From NCBI GenBank assembly GCA_964016885.1, contig OZ024744.1:48298001-48362000 (forward strand): DNA of 64,000 nt. The letters are read 5' to 3'. Origin of the DNA: Eledone cirrhosa. Taxonomy: Eukaryota. This document shows, one piece after another, positions 41,246 through 54,730 of this stretch. The translations under genes and the position numbers were made by a program. The notes under the pieces were generated by a model. It worked only from the letters and a program-made list of their open reading frames with translations. It was not told where the DNA came from and did no database searches. Within the stretch, counting starts at the first letter, position 1. Every line of letters starts with the position of its first letter.

Positions 41246-41899
41246 CAGATTGTACATATATACATATATATATACACACATACACCCACACATTCATACA
41301 TACACATGCATGCACACACACACATACACACACATACACACAAATACATACACATACATACATACACACATTCACACATACATACATATATATATACATA
41401 CATAGATACATTCATACATTCATACACATACATTCATACATATATACATACATACATACATTTATACTACATACACATACATTCATACATATATACATAC
41501 ACATAGAAATACATATATACATACATACACACATACATACATATAATAAGAACCAGACTTGAAAAAATTTAGTACAAGGGTCAAAAGTCTCAGTAAAATC
41601 CCTTCAAGACAGGGCATCAGCATGGCCATAGTCTCATGATTGAAGTTAGTAAAAGGATAAAAGGCATTTAAAATGACATGTCAATGTGCACCTTGGTAAA
41701 CACCGCAACAAAGGTTCATTTAAGCACCATGTAACCTTCAGTTGTTATGACAGATCAAATATGTTTTGATTAAATTTTAAAAACCATGTTTTAAAATGTT
41801 TCATTACTCAAATCGCCATTCTCGTGGGAAAAAATTTGTACATGTACACCTCCCCACCCATATATATATGTGTGTGTATATATATATATATACATATAT

Positions 41900-43037
41900 A
41901 CATATGTATATAGGATAGAGAGAACTGAGAAAAAGACAAATAAGACAACTCATGATATGACAGCAATAAATACCAGGGTGTAATGTTCGTCAATGCAACC
42001 CCCTGAGGTGAACTAGCATACAGATTTAGAAGGACTCTAGACAAATTAAATTAAATATTAAGGTAGTAGAAAAACCAGGTATTTCTATAAAAGTCATAAT
42101 TAGTAGAACATGCACATTTGAGAAAACCCCTACACTGATAAAAATGTATACTCTGCAAATTAAGCCCAGAAATCAACTGCAAAACTAGGAATGTAGTATA
42201 TAGTATAAGATGTCCAGAGGAACAGTATAAGAATAAGTACATGACTTACAAAAGTGAGACTGTAGCAGAGGAGAAAGAATAAAAGAACACTGGCAAGAAT
42301 TCCAAGAAGAGAAAAACTCATCAGTACTCCACCAACATGCCAGAATGGAACATGGAGGATCACTAGAAATCAACGAGATAAAAATTATATCCATACACAG
42401 AACAAACACAATATCCAATAGATTACTGAAGCAACAAACCTAAATGAACTCCAAGCAAAACTAAATAGAAAGCAAGAGTGGAATAGCAACAACCTCACAA
42501 TGTATTAACTAAGGACAATATAAAGAAATACAGAGACACACAAGAACTAAACTAAGATAAACTAGATACACAGATAGAACAAGTAACCAAAGTAATGACA
42601 AGTAGGAAAGAAAGACAATAAATAAAAGTATAAATAATTAAGGAAATAAATATATAAAAAGTACACACACACACAAACATACGTACACACACAAATACAC
42701 ACAAAACTGATATAACGCATTTGATGCCCAAGTAAACAGTTCATAAAAACAAGATGGTGTAAGACAGAACAAAAGAGAGACACAAAATAACAACAAAAAC
42801 AGTCACTGAGCAGGTCACAGAATGTGTGACGAAAGAGCTCTGATGACAATCAGCAAATAAGCAACAATCCAATTATTAAACTAACTGACTAGGAAATTAT
42901 GATAATAATTTGAAGTGAAATCCAACAGTTGCATGTGTTTTTAGTGGCAGCATGTCCCTCCGAATGTATTACAATATCTGTTTCAACACACGTTTTCAGA
43001 TAAAAAAATCTTGCAAAATAAATACAAAAATGAAATA
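41900..43037 (+). mobile_element. Degenerate PLE family A copy (GIY-YIG relic plus hammerhead 42802-42843)
   Basis: Translates RIKEHWQE..SSVLHQHARMEH..IKIIS.H..LNRKQEWN, similar to ORF 58753; core mutated to CTGAGCA. Confidence 0.75.
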
Positions 43038-43091
43038 TATATTCCAATTCTACCCCACCCGTCCCTTCAATCTATCTAATTTTTCATTCTT

Positions 43092-43126
43092 TTTTCTGAT
43101 GAGGACTAGTGTCCGAAACGTTAAGA
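43092..43126 (+). ncRNA. Minimal hammerhead (PLE-type family D)
   Basis: TTTT-CTGATGA-GGAC-TAGT-GTCC-GAA-ACGT-T-AAGA; degenerate copies at ~25665, ~28773 and ~29243. Confidence 0.78.
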
Positions 43127-43474
43127 TCCTCTTCTTGCTATTTCAAGCGTTAACCTAATATATTCCTTCCATATACTGTACCGATTGTGTTATATTTGTT
43201 AATTTTTATATCATCATCATCATCATCATCATCATCGTTTAACGTCCATATTCCACGCTCGCATGGGTTTGGACGGGAGTTTTCCCACTTGAGGCAAGAG
43301 TGGTTGTCTTGCTCGCATAGGACTGTCTGGCGGGTTTTCTATGGCTGGATGCCCTTCCTAACACCAACCACATTTACATATATATACATATATATATCAT
43401 CATCATTATCATCATTTAACATCTATTTTCCACGCTATACACACATATATATATAATGAATCAACAGTAACTCC

Positions 43475-43514
<40 letters not shown>

Positions 43515-43712
43515 GCACACACACATATGTATAGCAAGAAGTGTGCTAAGAGCCAAAGTGAATGATAAAGTTATATCTATATAAATTCAGAGTTTATAAC
43601 TGAGCCTGCATCAACATGTATAGATTATATACACATATCTAATTTGTAGGCATGTAGATATACCAGAAAATATGAATTTCCCTGTAAATTGAAAAAAAAA
43701 AAAATATGGTAA

Positions 43713-43761
43713 ACATCTTTAATCGATTTTCTGATCCAATTGAACCCTCATCAGAAAATGT
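43713..43761 (-). ncRNA. Minimal hammerhead
   Basis: ACATTTT-CTGATGA-GGGTTCAATTGGATCA-GAA-AATCGATT-A-AAGATGT; palindromic stem III. Confidence 0.72.
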
Positions 43762-44714
43762 GTATATCATTCAATCAACCTCAAAGAAATGTATTTGATT
43801 AGTATTTATATATACCCATTTGCTTTTAACATTATTCTGAAATGGACATACTAATTTGCATATAATTAGTGCTTATGTTAGTAATTAATTGATTAATATA
43901 TATATATATAAGAGAGTGTTGAAGTTTGCTTGAAGCATTATGGAATAATAAAAATAGTCATTTTGGAAGCCTCAACGATGCAGATGGGTAAATCTCCAGG
44001 TAACAGAATCAGGTGGTAATGAAAGAGAGATGTAAGAGGAAACGTAGAAAGAGATGTAGAGAGCGTAAAGAAACGTAGGAAAAGTGTAAAAATATATGGC
44101 TTGTCTCACAATGGGGCAGCTCGTCTAACCTATGCTAGCGTGGAAAATGGATGTTAAACGATGATGATGGTGATGATGATAATGATAATGATACATTTAG
44201 TGCCGCAATGAAGGCCAACAAGGCAGCCTTTATAAGCTGAGGTTCAACTGATTCTAGTTCTACAAATAATTTACATGGAAGTATTTAACAATATTAGCTA
44301 AAAATGAAAGTGGAGGGTTGCAACAAAATGTGAGAGGTTGGGGTCTGTTTTAATGTTGAAATTATGTTGGTGCATTTACATTACTCTATATTTATTATTA
44401 TATTTTCATAGTAAACACTTTATTTCACATAATTATTTCACATAATATCGAATCTATGAGATTTTGATATTATTTACTTTGAGAACAATACCTTAACATC
44501 AGTATGAGTGGCCAGTTACAGCTGGTTTGAACAGAAAGAGGTGGGACAATTCTGGCTGGTTACAGCAGGTTTAAATGCTAAAGAGTTAAGGCCATATTTA
44601 TACATATATAGAATAGGCTTCCATAGTTTTCGCCAGCCAGATTCATAAAGGATTTGAACTCAGAAATATATATATGTTTACTCATGCAAATGATGATATA
44701 TAGTATATATGAAT

Positions 44715-45300
44715 ATATCATCATCATCATTTTATGTCTGCTTTTCCATGCCTGCATGGGTTTTATGGGTATTTTTCATCACAGAGTTCTTCCACTTATT
44801 GTGGTCCTTCGTTATCTTCTGTGTGAGCTTTATCAATTTGTGATCAGCTCTCAGCACCTCCACCCAGGTCTACTTTGGTCTTCCTCCACTGTGACTACCT
44901 TCCACTATGATTTTCTAGCATTTCTTTCAGTGATCACCATCCTTGTTCATCACAGGTCCATACTAGCATCCCTGTTTCATCGTTCATGCACGTTAATGTT
45001 GCAGATCCACTAAAGCATGCTTGCTTCACTTCTTTCCAGGCTTTCCATATCCTCTGCATTCACAACCCTTATGTCAATACTATGTGGCATTGCACATCAC
45101 GGACATGCATCATACAGTTGGCCTTTTGTTCATAGAGAGAAACCGTTTGTTGTCAACAAAGGCAGAGGCTCCCTGAACTTTTTCCAAACTGTTTTTATTC
45201 TAGCTGCTATGGCTCTCAGAGCAACCTCCTCCACTGTTAATTAGATCACATAGGTAGCAGAAGCTATCAACCACTTCTATCAATACTTTCTGAGAGAAAG
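44715..45300 (-). mobile_element. Degenerate RTE 3' fragment
   Basis: EVVDSFCYL.D.I.SGGGC; similar to the other RTE copies. Confidence 0.75.
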
Positions 45301-46077
45301 GTTGGTAACCAACAAGCTCTCTAGAGTTTGTGCCATGGAAATGAACCCAGCACACCCTGTAAGGTGGTTGGCAATAGCAAGGGCAACCCACCATAGAAAC
45401 CATGCCTAAAAGATTAGAGAGGAACATTCAGTTGTATTAAAGTTATAACAATCTCTCTAGTGTTGATCAGCTACTCAGTACATAAAGTAAAGTTGTTTAT
45501 GATAGAAAGGGCATCCAACCATAGAAAGCTTGTCAAACAAAGGATTGGTTGTGATTCAGACTTTTTTAATGACATGACAACTTCTTTTGTGCAGGTGTCA
45601 CAATAAAATGTACTTGGTAAGCACAGAATCATATGTAAGCAGGATGCATGCCCCTGGCGCAGCTAAGAGGTCAGATTTGAGTACTGACTTGATCTGGGAA
45701 AAAATGTCAAACCCTTACTTGCAGGGAAAACATGTTAGATGATGATGGTGATGATGATGATGGTGGTGGTGGTGGTGGTGGTGGTGGTGATGATGATGGT
45801 GATGGTGATGATGAAAATGATGAAGATGATTATGATGATGATGATAAGTACAGACACAACCACATATATACATGTGAGGCTGGTATAAACTCTTACTTCA
45901 ACAAGAGATTCATAGATTAAATAGAGTGCACATAATAAAATAATGCTGGTATTTCTGTGTAAAGTGCCATATATAGGAACATAAACGATGGGCTTACACA
46001 CAGTTGCTGTCTTCCAAATTCCACTCACTATGTATTGATTAACCTGAGGCTATAGAGGAAGATACTTGCCCAAGATG

Positions 46078-46116
<39 letters not shown>

Positions 46117-46213
46117 TATATATATACATACACACACATATATATACATATATGTGCATATAGACACACAGGCATATATATATATAAATATATACACACA
46201 GTCACATGTTTAG

Positions 46214-46289
<76 letters not shown>

Positions 46290-46882
46290 TATATATAATA
46301 TATATACATATACACATAAAAAGAGGGTGGTATGGTGTCTGTTTTGACAATAGCTCAATAGATTAAATACTCAATTGTTAAAAGTGAGTGTATATAATTT
46401 AAATTATGCGGGCGCTGTGTGTTTAATGCTGGCAATTACGCCAAGTGGGTTTTTATTAAATGACTAAGTAAGCTATTTAATTTTGTTGCATTGTTTTGCT
46501 GTGGTTGTTGTTGTTGTTCTATGTGTGTGTGTGTCTGTTTATGTCTGTTTATGTCACTAGCTAACTACCTAAACGTGTGTCTGTGTATATATATATATAT
46601 GTGTGTGTGTGTGTGGATGTGTGCATGTATATATATATATATATATACATGCACACACACACACACACATATATGTGTGTGTGTGTGTTTGTATGCATTT
46701 ATATATATACATGCACACTCATATACAGAAGCACATGCAAACACACACACATACAGGAAAGGGTTCGTGTAACAGAATATCGGAAAATCTCGGATCACCA
46801 ACTGTAATATGAACAAGGATATTCCGTCATCAATATCACTAGAAATAGCAGCCAATGTGCCTTTCAAACTACACACACATTT

Positions 46883-46928
<46 letters not shown>

Positions 46929-47120
46929 CATACATACATATATATATATAGTAATAATAATACATTTGAAGATAGATAAGAACCGTAGAGCAAATATTTA
47001 TTAAAATAACAGATTAAAGTTTAAGCAAAGAATCGCTGCTTTCACCCTTAACGGGATCTTCTGAAATTAACAAAGTCAATATATATATATAGTTATGTAA
47101 TAAACAACATAAGATAATTA

Positions 47121-47180
47121 TTTCATTTACCAGTGGTTTCTTGAAAGCAAACAAATTTGCTTTCAGTCATCAGAATGAAA
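47121..47180 (-). ncRNA. Type I hammerhead ribozyme
   Basis: TTTCATT-CTGATGA-C-TGAAAGCAAAT..GTTTGCTTTCA-A-GAA-ACC-ACT-GGT-A-AATGAAA; 7-bp stem I, GUA site. Confidence 0.85.
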
Positions 47181-47684
47181 AAATCATATATATATATATA
47201 TAACAAAGGAAGTGTGGTAAGGAACCAGGTGGACCATAATGCACCAGAGTACTCAATACTTAGGGTAGTAGAGTGGGTAATAGGAAAATGTTCAAGACCC
47301 CGACGACAGAACTCAAGCCATTTCGACAGCTATTTCTGGATTGAAATAGCCATCGAAACGGCTTGAGTTCTGCCGTCGGGGTCTTGAACATTTTTTTATA
47401 TATATATATATCATCATCATCATCATCGTTTAACGTCCATCTTCAACGCTAGCATGGGTTAGACGGGAGTTGTCCCACTTGAGGCAAGGTTGGTCGGGTG
47501 ACCGTGTCTCGCTCATATAGGACTATCTGGCATGTTTTCTATGGCTGGATGCCCTTCCTAACACCAACCACATATACAGTGTGGAACTGGGAACTTTTTA
47601 CCGTGTTACCTACACGACCACATTACAGCATGGACTGTGTTTTTTTTTTTGTTTTTTTTTGTCGTGACACCTACATGATCTCGA

Positions 47685-47724
<40 letters not shown>

Positions 47725-47889
47725 TTGAGATCGAGATCATGCACTATTTAAACTTCGACTTACAAATATTATGTATGTGTGTGTGTGTGTGTGTATGTCA
47801 ACATGAATGGACCTGTTATTTTTATCTAAAGACCTTTTTTCCAATTCCATCCCGCCCGTCCCCTCAATCTAGCTTATTTTTCATTCATA

Positions 47890-47923
47890 CTTCTGACGAA
47901 GGACTAGCGTCCGAAACGTTAAG
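47890..47923 (+). ncRNA. Minimal hammerhead (PLE-type family D)
   Basis: CTT-CTGACGA-A-GGAC-TAGC-GTCC-GAA-ACGT-T-AAG. Confidence 0.78.
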
Positions 47924-48009
47924 ACCCTCTTCTTGCTATATCAAGCGTTCACCTAATATATCCCTTCCATATACTGTACCGATTGTGTTGTTATTTCTGT
48001 TTACCTTTT

Positions 48010-48069
<60 letters not shown>

Positions 48070-48210
48070 CGAAGGAAATGTGGTAAGGAACCAGGTGGAC
48101 CATAACGCACCAAAGTACTCAATACTTGGGGTAGTAGAGTGGGTAATAGGAACTAGTCCAGAATTAGCCGTCGAAACGGTTTGAGCTCAGCCGTCGGGGT
48201 CTTACTGGTT

Positions 48211-48243
<33 letters not shown>

Positions 48244-48251
<8 letters not shown>

Positions 48252-48838
48252 AAGTAAATTCATAGAATCATTTGATAACATATATACAGTATTTCTTCTC
48301 TCAATCAGCATAATTAACCACACAAAAAATCAATTATACGAGTTTAAAATGTACTTATGCAGAAACAATAGATAAATAAATGATAGCTATTTTATCCGCG
48401 ATCAACAACCACAGAAGATTTACCTAGTATTTCTAATAGCCCGTAGAAATTGATTAGACATATAGCCAACCATACACAATTAGGTACAAAATTTAGAAGA
48501 AAAAATGTATGTAAACATGCCAAAATTATGTCTCTACCCCATGATATTTCATTCGCTTTTTGGAAATATCCGATTATGGATAAATTCACGAGTTTTGAAA
48601 TCATCAGGAAACAAACTCAATTGGACAAAGATTTTTCTTAAATGATCCCCGCCAGAAACGAATTCAAAATGCTTAAGAACTGTCATATGGCCAGTGGTCA
48701 AGTTAGAAAGCTTGTGATTGGTGCCTGACGGATATTTCCAAAAAGCGACTGAAACCTTTGTGTGGTTAATTATGGTGATTGGGAGAAGAAATACTGTATA
48801 TATTTTATCAAATGATTCTATGGACTTACTTTCTTATA
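48244..48838. mobile_element. Element with ~85-bp imperfect terminal inverted repeats (PLE-like or MITE)
   Basis: 48244-48326 is inverted at 48757-48838; partial CTGATGA..GAAA motif on the minus strand near 48545-48608. Confidence 0.6.
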
Positions 48839-49023
48839 TATTGCTCTGATTGTTGATTATTTAATTAATTAATTCGTCATTGAGCCACACCGTGAATAGT
48901 TGCCAAAACACATATATATATCTATGGTACTGTCTAGTTTATGTATATGTAGATCTCTATATTATATATATATATATAGTAATAATAATAAATTTATAAT
49001 ATAATATAGTAAATAATAATAAT

Positions 49024-49078
49024 AAAGTTTCAGAAGATCCCGTTAAGGGTGAAAGCAGCGATTCTTTGCTTAAACTTT
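49024..49078 (+). ncRNA. Hammerhead-like motif with U4A core (family E)
   Basis: AAAGTTT-CAGAAGA-TCCC-GTTAA-GGGT-GAA-AGCA..TGCT-T-AAACTTT; copies at ~23343-23395, 30442-30492, 47017-47068 (-) and 53356-53406 (+). Confidence 0.65.
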
Positions 49079-49146
49079 AATCTGTTATTTTAATAAATAT
49101 ATATATATATATTAACATATACATATATATGCATATATATATATAC

Positions 49147-49231
<85 letters not shown>

Positions 49232-49264
49232 CATATACATATATATATTTCCATATATAAATAT

Positions 49265-49338
<74 letters not shown>

Positions 49339-49822
49339 TATTTGGGAAACCGAATGATTCTCCGCTTCAGAGTTAAGAATATTGTAAATAAATTAGTAGA
49401 ACAAAAATGGCAGAGGTTATTAAAGTAATTAAATATATACATACACGCATCTATATACAACATACACGTGCATATACGAAAACACACGCCATACATGCAA
49501 GTACACATAAACACGCGCACACATACAAACGTATACACCAAATACACATATAAAAATATGTGTGTATACATATAATTATATAAACGTATATAAATATACA
49601 CACATAAAATCGTAAATAACGCATATGTTCACCAAAAGTACATATACCAAAACACAATGTACACATGTACACACCTTACATACGTGCAAACACGCATACA
49701 CACACAAAAACGTTTCGGACGCTTGCCCTTTATATATATATATGTGCATATATACCTTCCATATACTGTACAGATTGTGTTGTTATTTCTGTTTACCTTT
49801 TACATACATATACACACACACA

Positions 49823-49900
<78 letters not shown>

Positions 49901-49975
49901 CATTTATATTATATATATATATATAAGCATATATATATATATACACATATACATTTATATTATATATATATATAA

Positions 49976-50014
<39 letters not shown>

Positions 50015-50082
50015 TATAGATATATATTATATATATAAGCATATATATATATTGTATACATACATATATATATATATATATA

Positions 50083-51132
50083 CTTCTTCTTCTTCTTCTT
50101 CCCCCCCCCCGTTAGACTTGTGCGAAATTCCTTCCTTTCTCACATTTCAACCAGGTTTGATGGTCTTTTGTCTCTTGTTCACGATTTCACCGAGTTTATA
50201 TTCATAGAGATCTGGGACTTGTCTATTTCTTCTCACTTTCCGTTGCTTAAACCATTTTGTTTGTTACCCTAACGTCCCCTTTATTTACGTGTCCCAACGA
50301 CTTTTTTTAGCCGTTGTTCGCACCAACCTGAGGCATATGGCCCTTAAAGCGATGAAATGCCTGGGACGGTTGGAGGGTCACTGATGAAGGACTCACTTTT
50401 TCATATGCACCACCATTTGCAACGGGCAGCCATCATTATTATCATATTTACACATAATTTTTCTTCTGCTGCCATCCGTCCGTTTCGTCCTTTGTACCTT
50501 TACCCTTTCTCGTTCTTTGTACCTTTTACCCTTTCTAGCAGTCTCTCTCTCTGTTAGCCTCCTTCTCAACTTTCACTCACTCATTCTCTGTCACTACCTC
50601 TCCTCCTCCTCCTTCAAGTTTGACCTGTGTGAAATTCTTTTCTCGCGCGTCCTGGTCAAGCTGGTATGGAATTTTTTTTCTCTCGCTCTTTCGTCTGCGA
50701 CTTCACAAAACTTATGTTTACCGAATTCGTAGACCAGACCCCTTCTTCTTCTTCTTCTTCTTCTTCTTCTTCTTCTTCTTCTTCTTCTCCCCCCCCCCCC
50801 CCGTTAGACTTGTGCGAAATTCCTTCCTTTCTCACATTTCAACCAGGTTTGATGGTCTTTTGTCTCTTGTTCACGATTTCACCGAGTTTATATTCATAGA
50901 GATCTGGGACTTGTCTATTTCTTCTCACTTTCCGTTGCTTAAACCATTTTGTTTGTTACCCTAACGTCCCCTTTATTTACGTGTCCCAACGACTTTTTTT
51001 AGCCGTTGTTCGCACCAACCTGAGGCATATGGCCCTTAAAGCGATGAAATGCCTGGGACGGTTGGAGGGTCACTGATGAAGGACTCACTTTTTCATATGC
51101 ACCACCATTTGCAACGGGCAGCCATCATTATT

Positions 51133-51139
<7 letters not shown>
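50083..51139. repeat. 692-bp-period partial tandem (~365-bp direct repeats around a unique core) in (TA)n
   Basis: 50111-50447 is repeated essentially identically at 50803-51139, each preceded by (CTT)n and a C-tract. Confidence 0.9.
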
Positions 51140-51185
<46 letters not shown>

Positions 51186-51217
51186 AGATCAAAAGATGGT
51201 TAAAGGAGTTCCATATA

Positions 51218-51284
51218 TTTTATTATGCGCATTTCAAAAACAAACATCATCAAGCAATAATATTTGTGTTTTCATCAGATAAAA
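51218..51284 (-). ncRNA. Hammerhead ribozyme
   Basis: TTTTAT-CTGATGA-AAACACAAATAT..ATGTTTGTTTTT-GAA-ATGCGCAT-A-ATAAAA. Confidence 0.78.
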
Positions 51285-51789
51285 CAGGAGAACATGATAT
51301 GAAGGCTAAAAAACACTTGTTGATAGTGCAGTTTTAAATCAACATATGAAAAGTCGTTTTAGATTGATGTGTGATATTGGGAAAAATATTTTATTTAGAG
51401 AGGGGGGGGGGGTGAAAAGGGAAGGAGATGAGAGGGAGAGGTGGGTGATAGAGAGAAAGAGATAGTTTTTATAACTGAGAGGAGATATATTTTTTACATA
51501 GAGGGGTTGAAAACCGTTGGAAGATACTGTATAAATTAAAAATTTTGAAAATTAACGAAGGGAGGATATGTGCGAGGAAAAAATATTTTATTTAGGGAGG
51601 GGGGGGGGTGAAAAAAAGGGGGAGGAGATGAGAGTGAAGGTGGAGAGGGAGAGATGGGTGATAGAGAGAAAGAGATAGTTTTTATAACTGAGAAAAAGAT
51701 ATATTGTTTTAATATAGAGAGGTTGGGAACCGTTGGAAAATAATGTATAAATTAAAGGAATTTGAAAATTAACGAAGGGAAATTATGTA

Positions 51790-53100
51790 TGAAGATAGAG
51801 GTGGCGAACACTTTCATAGCGTCCGTCATCTACTACCGCTTGACTGTCGTGCCTTGTCCCCGTGAACACCTCGCCAAGATGGAACGCATGCTCTTCCAGT
51901 TTCTGTGGAAGAAGCAGGCTCCGCTGGTGAGGAGATCCGTCTGCTGTCAGCACCCTTCCAACGGAGGGCTGGGAATGCCGTGGCTGATGATGCGCAAACA
52001 TGCGCTGAGGCTGCGGCATCTCCAGGTATTCCTCACCGACCCCCAACCGGTGTGGGCACCGTTTGTGAGACAGGCTTTCCCACAGCTCGTCTCGCTAACG
52101 GAGCTGCAGTCCTGGGTGAAGAAAAGACCGAAAACGATGGGCGCCTGGCACATTGAATGCGCTCAGGCGCTCACAGTCCTCTGGCAAGCGGGCGCAGCAA
52201 TTAGTGGATACTCCACTTCGACATTCTATAGAGGGATTGTACGTTACAAGGGCGACGACGTGCTCGGAGAGACTCTGGGCGTCGAAGACGATGAGCTCAC
52301 CAGTATGTTTGGTAGGACTTTCCGCCCGGGACCTATGGACAACTTCCAGAGGTCCCTGGCCTGGCAGTGCTACCGAGGAGCTCTACCGGTTCGTGACAAG
52401 GTCTACAGGCACGGACGCCCTGGCAGGGATCCTTCCAAGAGGACGTGTCCAAGATGTGCGCAGGACATTGAAACAGTTCTGCACGCAATTGTACACTGCC
52501 CGGGCGTAAGCGACCTGTGGAACTATGCAGAACAACTGCTGTCGCGTATGGGACAAATACAGTTGACTGCCGAATCCATAGTAAGGATCAAACCGCCAGA
52601 CTCTTTCAAAAACGAAAGAGAGGCGGTTTTCCTCTGTACGGTGGCTATGGTGAAAGAAGTTATATGGTGGACGAGGTTGAGAGGACTGAGGACAGATGCC
52701 TTTCTCTCCGGACAACAATTGATTCCATTCTTTAAGTATCACTTTAGAAGGAGAATCAGGGTGGAGAGAGAGGCACTGCACCCCAGTAAATTTACTGAAA
52801 GGTGGGTGAATGAAGCGAAAATGGCCCGAGTGATTGGGCCTTCTCTGTTTATAAGCCTGTAGGTTGAGGAAGAGAGCAAAAGGAAGAAAGGAGCACTTGC
52901 ACAACACGCTCCTTGAGTTGAGGGTTGTTCTATCGACGGGGTATTAAACAACCCATTTGTGGCGCCTCCCCCCTATTGGGGATTTCGATTGTTGAAATTG
53001 TTTGTTTTTATATTTTTTTACACGACTGTATGTAAAATCCCCGGCATGTCTTTGTATTGTCCCCTTTCTTGTTGCGCCCTTGTGGCTAATAAAGAAATCA
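51790..53100 (+). mobile_element. 5'-truncated L1/Tx1-clade LINE (intact 3' ORF portion to 52862)
   Basis: F.FLWK..PLVRR...P..GGLGMP and a zf-RVT-like motif (ALPVRD..CPRC...ETVLHAIVHC). The 3' UTR ends gtggctaataaagaaat; the same 3' end occurs at ~22265-22320 (-). Confidence 0.88.
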
Positions 53101-53986
53101 ATATTCTTAACTCTGAAGCCGAGAATCATTCGGTTTCCCAAATAGAATATTAGTCTATGACTTCATTTATACCATAAACGTGGTTTTGTCTGCGTGTAAT
53201 TGTTCTCTCGATCCACATAACGACGTATTATCTTCGCTTTTTTCCCGTTCATTGCCAGGGAACATCTTCACGAACTAAAGTATCATCTTCCTGTTTTCCT
53301 TCGGTTACTACGTTTTTCGAAATATTTACTTCTGCGTTCACAGATTGTTTGTTATAGTTTCAGAAGATCCCGTTAAGGCTGAAAGCAGCGATTCTTTGCT
53401 TAAACTTTAATCTGTTATTTTATATATATTTATTTATTTATTATAAAGTGAAATGAAAGGAGGCCAAATATGTTGAATTTCCTTAATTCTTTTTATTACT
53501 GTAAACACTATGCACATTTCAGTGACCAGGTTGCGTAAGAACCTGGTGACCTCATCTACATGTACTCCGTTCCCGCACCAACAACGCGATTCAACATCAA
53601 AGATAGATGACTTACATAACGTTGATTGCTTTTCCTACATCATGGTTAACTATACGGAATGACCATTTCTATCCAGTGGTGAACCACCAAATTTAAATGA
53701 ATATGTGGTTAGAAAAAGCTATCTCACTTACTGCTTTTCATAGGCGCCGCTAAATCCCATGGCTGGTTTCTCCTCTTCCACGTGCGTCCAACTCATTTAC
53801 AACGCGAGCTGCCAAAACTCGCGCCCACACCGTTCCCGGTCACCACTAGAGAGAGGCCGATCTGCTGGCCCTTCCGGTCGAGCACCCTTCCGGCCAAGCA
53901 CCCTTCCGGTCAAGCACTCTTCCGGTCGAGCAATCCCCAGCTTCCGGCCACCGCACGCCACACCATTCCCATACGCCCCCCTGATC

Positions 53987-54730
53987 TCAAGGATCAATTT
54001 CCCCCTCGTCCTTCTGCATATGAAAGTCTGCTGTCCAGGTTGGTGGTTTGCGACTTCTTTGCGATCTCCGCAGTGTTGGGGCGGCACTTTGGGTTTCCTC
54101 TTCCTCGGAGTCCGTTGACACAGTGATTCTACGGACATCCAGGACATGATGTGGTACTCCGTCCACGGACACATTGTTCTGGGAATTTACGGCCGTCACC
54201 GTTCCCCTTCCCCATTGAAATGTGCAACGTGCATCTGGGGGCTTAACCCAGAATTCTTCGCCCACCTGCACGAATGCATTCACTCTCCCCACTGGCCGTT
54301 GTGGTGGCGTGCACGGGTGCCGCCACTCGTATCTGAATACTGCTCTGTGTGGCACCGATTCCTCGACCTGTCCCACCCGAGGGGACATGTTGTACCAGAA
54401 CACTGCCTCCATTGGTGAGATATGGCCCCGCTCCGCCATTGCCTTGATCGTCTGGTGGTGTCGCTCCACAATTTCATTCCCGCTCGGCCTGTGCGCTGCT
54501 CTGAAGAAACGGACCACCTTCCATCCATCGAGCATCTCCCTCAGCGCCTCCGAGCGGAACGCTGCGCTGTTGTCCATCAGCAGTTCGTCCACAGGGCCCC
54601 GCTCCAAGAACACCTCTCTCAACGCCCGCATGATTTCCTCGGCCGTTCCAGTCTTCATCTCCCTTCATATCACCATCCGTCCCGGTCCACAGTCGACCAT
54701 CGAGAGGTACGTTCCCTGTCGGTAGTGCGT
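53987..54730 (-). CDS. Integrase core (frameshifted from the upstream pol)
   Basis: DVTHY, GPVDELLMDN, P.GN..VER.H.TIK. Confidence 0.85.

Noticed and set aside
50381-50492. Possible hammerhead (plus-strand CTGATGAAGGAC; minus-strand type II AAGGAC-GAAAC..GTT..GTCCTT)
   Set aside because: The plus strand lacks GAAA after the stem and the minus strand lacks a CUGANGA core, so it was not called.
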